Shown piece by piece: positions 58,479-64,000 of a stretch of 64,000 nucleotides of DNA (the stretch's first letter is position 1; each line of letters opens with the position of its first letter). Source of the stretch: Escherichia phage IME08. The translations under genes were made by a program, and so were the position numbers. Below the pieces are notes generated by a model that was given only the letters and a program-made list of their open reading frames with translations, made no database searches and was not told the origin of the DNA. The stretch lies in the sequence record NC_014260.1; one strand, given 5' to 3'.

Positions 58479-59854
58479 AGAGCCTCCAAATCTTTAACAT
58501 ACTCAGTTACCACATCAGTGGTTTTCCAGTATCGGTGCTCTTCTTTCTTAGCCTTGGCTTCGAGGGCCAGTTTCTTGGCTTCATCAGAAGTGATATGGAA
58601 AATGTTCATGGCCACTAGTTTATCAGCGTATTCGCCATAGACTTTATTACTAGCCAATTCTTCGGTTAAAACCTTGCGAGTCTTACCTTGGATAACCACT
58701 ACACCATCAATAACATCTTTGATAAATGTGGCTTTAGCCAATGCCAGTTTGAAAGCTTCTTCAGTTTCGATGATTTTACCATCAATACGTTTCTGTACAA
58801 AGGTCTTACGGACCTCAACGAAATCACGAATCAGTTCAACTGCATCTTCGTAAACCTTAAGTTTACCTTTCTCATTAATGACAGTCAGGTTTTGTGAACG
58901 ACGTTCGATTAACCCGAAGTCCTTCATGATTTTTTCATGCTTCTTATTTTCTTCGGTAGGCAATTCATATTCTTTACGAATCTTAACCTTGAAGCCGAAA
59001 CCGTTCTCGTCACAGTCATCATCATATGTGATATACCCTTTGTCTTCCAGAGGGTCTAATATCTTGGCCACATATGTTTCACGGTCATATTTGTACGGGA
59101 TTTCCGTGATATGCATTTGGGTTCGGGATGTGAACTTATACGTTCCACGAATCTCATAACTACCTGGTTCAATTTCAACAACTTCACCACGGAATTCAGG
59201 ATAAGCCACTTTAGGTTTTGTTACTCGTTTTTCCTGAAGAACTTGCAATACAGCTTTCTTAACAGAATCAAAACTATGAGGAAGAATATTAGTTGCATAA
59301 CCAGTTGCAATACCGGAAACGCCATTAAGAAGAACAGTAGGAATAATAGGCAGATAAAAAGCCGGTGGCTTATGTTCGACATCCGCATGAACCGGAGCAT
59401 ATTCTGTGTCCTTATAAACTTTTGCAAAGTTACTTCCAATACGTGCAAAGATATAACGAGAGGCCGCAGCTTTTTGAACCAATCGGGAACCAAAGTTACC
59501 TTGACCGTCTAACAATGGATAGTTGTTGTTCCATGTGTTAGCCATCAAAGCCCCTGCTTCCTGAGCAGAACCTTCACCATGGTGATATCCAAGGTCGGCT
59601 ACACCACCAGCGATAGAAGCCAGTTTGTGGAATTTTTCTTTATTACCACGAGCCATATCAAGACAACGAGCAACCACAAAACGTTGTACAGGTTTAAAGC
59701 CATCAATCATATTTGGAATGGCTCGGTTTTCGACAGTATACATTGCATAAGCCAATGCTTCGTTGTCGATAATACTTTTTAAGTCACGAGGAGTAAAAGC
59801 ATCGTCGTAAACATCTAAAGCCTGTTTAAAAAGGGTATCAATTACATCAGCCAT
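58475..59854 (-). CDS. 52: DNA topoisomerase II medium subunit gp52
   Basis: 459 aa; GyrA-like N-terminus (AIPNMIDGFKPVQRF…, SRYIFAR with active-site Tyr context). Confidence 0.9.
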   Translation of the reverse strand: MADVIDTLFKQALDVYDDAFTPRDLKSIIDNEALAYAMYTVENRAIPNMIDGFKPVQRFVVARCLDMARGNKEKFHKLASIAGGVADLGYHHGEGSAQEAGALMANTWNNNYPLLDGQGNFGSRLVQKAAASRYIFARIGSNFAKVYKDTEYAPVHADVEHKPPAFYLPIIPTVLLNGVSGIATGYATNILPHSFDSVKKAVLQVLQEKRVTKPKVAYPEFRGEVVEIEPGSYEIRGTYKFTSRTQMHITEIPYKYDRETYVAKILDPLEDKGYITYDDDCDENGFGFKVKIRKEYELPTEENKKHEKIMKDFGLIERRSQNLTVINEKGKLKVYEDAVELIRDFVEVRKTFVQKRIDGKIIETEEAFKLALAKATFIKDVIDGVVVIQGKTRKVLTEELASNKVYGEYADKLVAMNIFHITSDEAKKLALEAKAKKEEHRYWKTTDVVTEYVKDLEAL

Positions 59855-59861
59855 AATTTTA

Positions 59862-59999
59862 CCATACTAGTGAATGAATAGCCATAATAACATCGGAAAT
59901 AAAAAGCACAACTTGGATAAGTCCGAACATTACTCCATAATACAGTGCTACTAATAAAGCAGCAAGGGCTAACGAGTAGCCCAGGATTTTATTAATCAT
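59862..59999 (-). CDS. small hydrophobic membrane peptide (ac-like position), hypothetical
   Basis: 45 aa MINKILGYSLALAALLVALYYGVMFGLIQVV…. Confidence 0.3.
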
Positions 60000-60153
60000 T
60001 TTTAATCATCTTAAGTAAACCGACAAAAGCAGAAAGAACCCAGCCAATAAGCAGAAAACTTAAAAATATTGGACCAGGGGTCCACACACCTAAAAAGAAG
60101 CAAACCGAACAGACTATAGCCATAATAAGTTCAATAAAAACTAGGATAATCAT
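59992..60153 (-). CDS. small hydrophobic membrane peptide, hypothetical
   Basis: 53 aa MIILVFIELIMAIVCSVCFFLGVWTPGPIFLSFLLIGWVLSAFVGLL…; its stop overlaps the next ATG. Confidence 0.3.
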   Translation of the reverse strand: MIILVFIELIMAIVCSVCFFLGVWTPGPIFLSFLLIGWVLSAFVGLLKMIKND

Positions 60154-60163
60154 ATTTTCCTCA

Positions 60164-60241
60164 TTAGCGTCCGAAGACGCCTTTAGTTTTAAGATTGTTA
60201 CGATAGAACTGCATCACATGTTCGTTATGGAAATTGCTCAT
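60164..60241 (-). CDS. stp: Stp peptide (suppressor of three-prime phosphatase; host restriction / anticodon-nuclease modulator)
   Basis: 25 aa [25 protein letters not shown], essentially the recalled T4 Stp; ATG overlaps ndd stop (TAATG). Confidence 0.75.
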
Positions 60242-60690
60242 TAGTATGCCTGCAGAATGAATTTAAAGTTATCAGCCAACATGCGGTTCATTTCTTCCAG
60301 TGTCTGGAGGTCGGAACTATGATTGCGAGTGAAAGCCATTGCAATTTGACCCTTACCAAAACCTGTAGTCAGAGGTTTCATCTTAGAAGCCGGTACATAA
60401 AGAACTTCATACACAACACCATTCACTGCCATGGTGCGAGCTGATTGAGAACGTTTCTTACGAATGTTAGCCACAATACCATCAAGACCTTGAGCAGAAC
60501 GTTGATTACCGACATAAAAACGAGCAGCTACGACACGAGAATCAGCTCCACCTTTAACAAAGAAGTAGAAGCCTGGTTGAGCAGAGATTTCTTTAGAAGG
60601 TTTACCATTTTGGTATTCACCATTCTTAACATAAGCAACAGTAGTAGCACCAGCAGACAGAACGTTACGGCGAGTCATATAAGTATTCAT
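60241..60690 (-). CDS. ndd: nucleoid disruption protein Ndd
   Basis: 149 aa; [10 protein letters not shown]…[12 protein letters not shown]…TRNHSS…[16 protein letters not shown] matches recalled T4 Ndd. Confidence 0.85.
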
Positions 60691-60767
60691 ATCAATTTCC
60701 TCAGTAGATTAATGTTTTGTTATCCAGTCAACGAGAACCATTATAACATGATTCTCGAGGTTGTAAA

Positions 60768-61112
60768 CTATTTTTGTAGCTGTTCTAAAATAAATCCGCT
60801 CGTATAAAAAGAAGCATTATAAACCTTGTTCAGTGGGTTCAAAGCGCGTCCATAGGTATCACGTAATTCTTTGATAACGTTTTCATAACTCACGTAGTAA
60901 GCACTACGATAGTCAGGGTCCAGGCTCATACGGAATTTGATGAATCGATAAAAACCTGTAGCCGGGTCTTGAACGAAAACGAAATCCGCACTTGCCATAG
61001 TTTTTGAATCTAGCCCAGTAACCAGTTCTTGATTGAAGGCCTTCAATGCCTCTTTAAGACTGAGTTGCTCAAAGAACATGACATTAGCATTACCAAAAAA
61101 GATTTTAGACAT
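60768..61112 (-). CDS. hypothetical protein (ndd.1-like)
   Basis: Start at internal ATG after AAGGAAA RBS. Confidence 0.45.
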   Translation of the reverse strand: MSKIFFGNANVMFFEQLSLKEALKAFNQELVTGLDSKTMASADFVFVQDPATGFYRFIKFRMSLDPDYRSAYYVSYENVIKELRDTYGRALNPLNKVYNASFYTSGFILEQLQK

Positions 61113-61122
61113 GATAATTTCC

Positions 61123-61335
61123 TTATTCAGCGTCAACAGAAATAGCCATCAGTTCATCAACAGTAAGGCACTGTACACTTGGCCCTACACAAAAACGCTT
61201 AGTTGAATCATAAAGGTCTGTAGCATTAACAGGTTGTAATTCAGTACCAACTTGCAAAGGAGAAATGCGAATCAGTTGTTGACCATTATGTAATACAAAG
61301 CTCTCACCAACTGCAACATCTTTAAAAAGTTTCAT
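61123..61335 (-). CDS. hypothetical protein
   Basis: Start at internal ATG after GAGGAAA RBS. Confidence 0.4.
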   Translation of the reverse strand: MKLFKDVAVGESFVLHNGQQLIRISPLQVGTELQPVNATDLYDSTKRFCVGPSVQCLTVDELMAISVDAE

Positions 61336-61345
61336 AATATTTTCC

Positions 61346-61456
61346 TCAGAAGTTAAAGAATACACGTACATGGTCAATCATAAAAACGATTGGGAAAATG
61401 CTCAATACCAAAAATAACACAAACATGTTCCAAATTGCTTTAAGTAAGTTTTTCAT
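61346..61456 (-). CDS. small hydrophobic membrane peptide, hypothetical
   Basis: 36 aa MKNLLKAIWNMFVLFLVLSIFPIVFMIDHVRVFFNF; GGAG RBS. Confidence 0.3.
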   Translation of the reverse strand: MKNLLKAIWNMFVLFLVLSIFPIVFMIDHVRVFFNF

Positions 61457-61482
61457 AATCATCTCCATTAGTTGATAGGTCT

Positions 61483-61511
61483 ATAATATCATGATTAATG
61501 GAGATGTATAC
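61483..61511 (-). promoter_or_regulatory. T4-type early promoter variant (GTATAC-N17-TATTAT)
   Basis: Plus-strand ATAATA 61483-61488 and GTATAC 61506-61511. Confidence 0.45.
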
Positions 61512-61601
61512 TGATTTATGCCAATTTCCACAACAATAAACTAAAACATACACAAATCACTGGGATACAGGCCATCCAAATAAGGCACCACGTTTTGCTA
61601 C

Positions 61602-61868
61602 TCAAAACACCACCTCTTTTATCTCAATCAATCCCCTGTACAATGCAGTGCGGAGGTCATAAAGAATATCTATGCCGTCAACATTATCTAGTTTACCGTC
61701 GATAAGTTTTTGTAAATCTTCCTTTGATGCGATTAAGGGACGGAGAAATTTACATTCAGAAAGAGATAACTCTGTAGTAATATCATCACCTTCACCTGAC
61801 GCGTCATACATAGCGGCAACAACCGTACCTGTAACTTTATGTTTAGCGTAATATAATTTGATATCCAT
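61602..61868 (-). CDS. hypothetical protein
   Basis: Start at internal ATG (MDIKLYYAKH…). Confidence 0.4.
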   Translation of the reverse strand: MDIKLYYAKHKVTGTVVAAMYDASGEGDDITTELSLSECKFLRPLIASKEDLQKLIDGKLDNVDGIDILYDLRTALYRGLIEIKEVVF

Positions 61869-61896
61869 TTTGTTCTCCTCATTAGTTGATAGGAAG

Positions 61897-61926
61897 ATAG
61901 TAACACCATCCATGGCGTATGTAAAC
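61897..61926 (-). promoter_or_regulatory. T4-type early promoter (GTTTAC-N18-TACTAT)
   Basis: Plus-strand ATAGTA 61897-61902 and GTAAAC 61921-61926. Confidence 0.5.
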
Positions 61927-61938
61927 ACTTATTTTAAA

Positions 61939-62520
61939 TTATAAGGCGAGATACCAGCCGTTGTAATTGCTCTTACGGACCAGCTTTGTGATGGCTTCTC
62001 TGTCACCAGAGAACTTAGGAGTGAACAGGACATCGCCTGCCTCATTTACTGAAGTGTCGAATATAATTATACAGTCTGCGACTTTATGATTCAAGAGCGG
62101 TCCCAGGTTAATCCCTGTTCCATAAGGGAAGTCACCCGAGTATCCTGTAGTACAGGAAATCCACTTAGAATCTGATTGGTGGGTCTTGACCTCTACACGT
62201 AGTCCACAGTACATAGGATGAGCTAAAACATCCCATGCATAGGTATAAGGGTCGTCATGGTCTTCCAGACCGCTGTTAACGTATCCTTTCAACCAATCAG
62301 CAACCATGTACTCGGCATACGTTGCAATGACACACCGAGTCAATACTTCTTTCTTATCTTGGGACGGGTCTTGGCTTAAGGAATACAGTACGGTATCCTT
62401 AATCTTGACCTTCATTTCACCTGTTAAATCAGATGTCTTCAGGGTAAATGTCGGCATCGCTGCCAATCGGAGTAGTCCCGGGTTCGTCTTCACCATAAAT
62501 GCCTCGAATATGAAGTTCAC
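61939..62520 (-). CDS. hypothetical protein at the denB position (possible endonuclease IV; start uncertain)
   Basis: 193-aa ORF whose 5' end overlaps the upstream ORF by 92 nt; identity not verifiable from memory. Confidence 0.35.
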   Translation of the reverse strand: MNFIFEAFMVKTNPGLLRLAAMPTFTLKTSDLTGEMKVKIKDTVLYSLSQDPSQDKKEVLTRCVIATYAEYMVADWLKGYVNSGLEDHDDPYTYAWDVLAHPMYCGLRVEVKTHQSDSKWISCTTGYSGDFPYGTGINLGPLLNHKVADCIIIFDTSVNEAGDVLFTPKFSGDREAITKLVRKSNYNGWYLAL

Positions 62521-62737
62521 CGTAATAAATTCGGTCGTCAGGTTCTAAAGTATCAGAATCTGCTAAAGGAAATTCACCTTCGACCACCTCATCACATTCC
62601 AGAAAAGCGTAATGAACATCACCAGGGTGTTTAACGAGCTTAGCACAATAAACAGTACCCGCTTTATGGAACCCACGCAAATTGGAAATCTTGATATCGC
62701 GTTCACCGACATTCAGGTAATTAATCATTTTACTCAC
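62429..62737 (-). CDS. hypothetical acidic protein
   Basis: 102-aa ORF. Confidence 0.35.
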   Translation of the reverse strand: MSKMINYLNVGERDIKISNLRGFHKAGTVYCAKLVKHPGDVHYAFLECDEVVEGEFPLADSDTLEPDDRIYYGELHIRGIYGEDEPGTTPIGSDADIYPEDI

Positions 62738-62927
62738 CGAAATAAGAAATACGAACCTCTAAACAATGAGCATAAGCACCCATCGCATCCAGTTGAGCAA
62801 TCAGTAACCCTTGTTGACGGATATCAAGAGTTTCAAAAACACCGCCTTTAATAAAGGTTTCTAGTGCATTAATTTTAAGAACCAGCTGGTCGTATTCTTC
62901 AACTACACGTGCTTGGTAACCTAACAT
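62730..62927 (-). CDS. hypothetical small protein
   Basis: 65-aa ORF directly downstream of rIIB. Confidence 0.35.
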   Translation of the reverse strand: MLGYQARVVEEYDQLVLKINALETFIKGGVFETLDIRQQGLLIAQLDAMGAYAHCLEVRISYFGE

Positions 62928-62939
62928 AATTTCCTCTTA

Positions 62940-62955
62940 GGAGGCCGAAGCCTCC
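62940..62955. terminator. hairpin GGAGGC-CGAA-GCCTCC after rIIB
   Basis: Same hairpin sequence as at 24431-24446. Confidence 0.55.
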
Positions 62956-62965
62956 GTTTATTGAT

Positions 62966-64000
62966 TTAGTATTTGTATTCGTTTGCGAACTGTTCAGTGA
63001 CGTCTTCTAGAACTTCATAATAACATACACGCATTTTAGCATCACCGTAATCGACTGGAATACTAACAACATCACGTGGGTTAACTTTACACGAAACTAC
63101 TTTACAGCTTGAGTTACCAAAATGACCAATATAGCTACGAGAGCAAACGTGCAGACCACTTGAACAAGTTACTTCATCATCGTCATTTACACGAGAACGT
63201 GGCATTTTAACAGGTTTGCCTGGCGAGTTATCAAACGTACCGGTACGACAGTCGGTGTAATCAGAGTTAACAACTTTCCATGTGATAAAATGGCCATCTT
63301 CAGTGATTTTGATATCGTTTGCAACCAGGAAGTCAAACAAACGCTGTACAGCTTTTTCGCTTGGGTTTTCTAACAGGTTTTCAAGGAAAGGCAGGTAGAA
63401 TTCGAAGTCTTCACCGTTTTCCATTGAAGTGATAATACGGTCAATCAACCCTGAACGCAATTCGATACCTTGATAAACCAGACGTCCACCTTCAATACGA
63501 ACGTTGCCTTTAACAAATGCCTTAACAGCTTCTTTAATGGAAATCAGTTTAATCGCATCATCGAAACGAGATTCTTTAAGAGCCTGTACGATGGCATCAA
63601 AATGTTTGTTCTTATTAGTGGTGTTCCATACTGTTCGGCCTTCGGTGATGGACACGAATTTAGAACTAGCATTCCAAATAATTTCAGGGCGAGAGCCGCC
63701 AATAGTAACTTCAACGGGAACTACACGAGGCTCGTTAGGAACTGTTACTTTGATATTTCCGGTAATAACCACTTCTGCTGGGGCATTAAGAGGTACAGTA
63801 GGCGCTTTTTTAAGCGATTCGGCTAAAGAATTAGCCACTTGAGAACGTTTAGCTTCTTCAGCATTTTTCAGGACTTTACGAATGGTATCAACCGAAACAC
63901 TATACCAGTCAGCTAGTTCTTGCTGGGTATAATTACCGGATTTATAGAGGGAAACTACTTTCTCTTGTTCAGATTTAGCCAGACACTTAATATTGTACAT
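62966..64000 (-). CDS. rIIB: rIIB protein (start codon at window edge)
   Basis: 344 aa from ATG at 64000; MYNIKCL…GNYTQQELADW…VSVDTIRKVLKNAEEAKR and C-terminal FANEYK match recalled T4 rIIB. Confidence 0.9.
   Translation of the reverse strand: MYNIKCLAKSEQEKVVSLYKSGNYTQQELADWYSVSVDTIRKVLKNAEEAKRSQVANSLAESLKKAPTVPLNAPAEVVITGNIKVTVPNEPRVVPVEVTIGGSRPEIIWNASSKFVSITEGRTVWNTTNKNKHFDAIVQALKESRFDDAIKLISIKEAVKAFVKGNVRIEGGRLVYQGIELRSGLIDRIITSMENGEDFEFYLPFLENLLENPSEKAVQRLFDFLVANDIKITEDGHFITWKVVNSDYTDCRTGTFDNSPGKPVKMPRSRVNDDDEVTCSSGLHVCSRSYIGHFGNSSCKVVSCKVNPRDVVSIPVDYGDAKMRVCYYEVLEDVTEQFANEYKY

Overview
This 64 kb window is a contiguous segment of a T4-like (T-even, Tequatrovirus-type) myophage genome, in the same orientation as the standard T4 map. 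Gene order: rnlB-hoc-inh-uvsW-uvsY, the baseplate hub/wedge module (25, 26, 51, 27, 28, 29, 48, 54), two tandem alt ADP-ribosyltransferase genes, DNA ligase (30) with its tail of small early genes, rIII, 31, cd, pseT, a spanin pair, alc, rnlA, denA, nrdB-nrdA, td, frd, 32, 59, 33, dsbA, rnh, the long-tail-fibre operon 34-35-36-37 with a T2-type gp38 adhesin, holin t, asiA, motA, 52, stp, ndd and rIIB. Late genes lie on + behind TATAAATA promoters; early genes lie on - behind GTTTAC-N17/18-TAnnAT promoters, with C(UUCG)G or GNRA hairpins between operons. Identities were assigned from recalled T4 protein sequences (Pnk, Hoc, gp32, Ndd, Stp, RnlB are near-identical) plus catalytic motifs; no database search or alignment was run, so names of small ORFs are tentative. 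The most unusual content is at the head-decoration locus: a collagen-like ORF with a CBM5/12-like insert that has no ATG/GTG/TTG start and abuts an upstream ORF in another frame, and a second, divergent Hoc-like gene convergent with canonical hoc. Other accessory features are a free-standing seg-like homing endonuclease beside uvsY, intron-less td and nrdB, a NADAR-like/HAD pair next to ligase, and repeated promoter-leader cassettes flanking small early ORFs.
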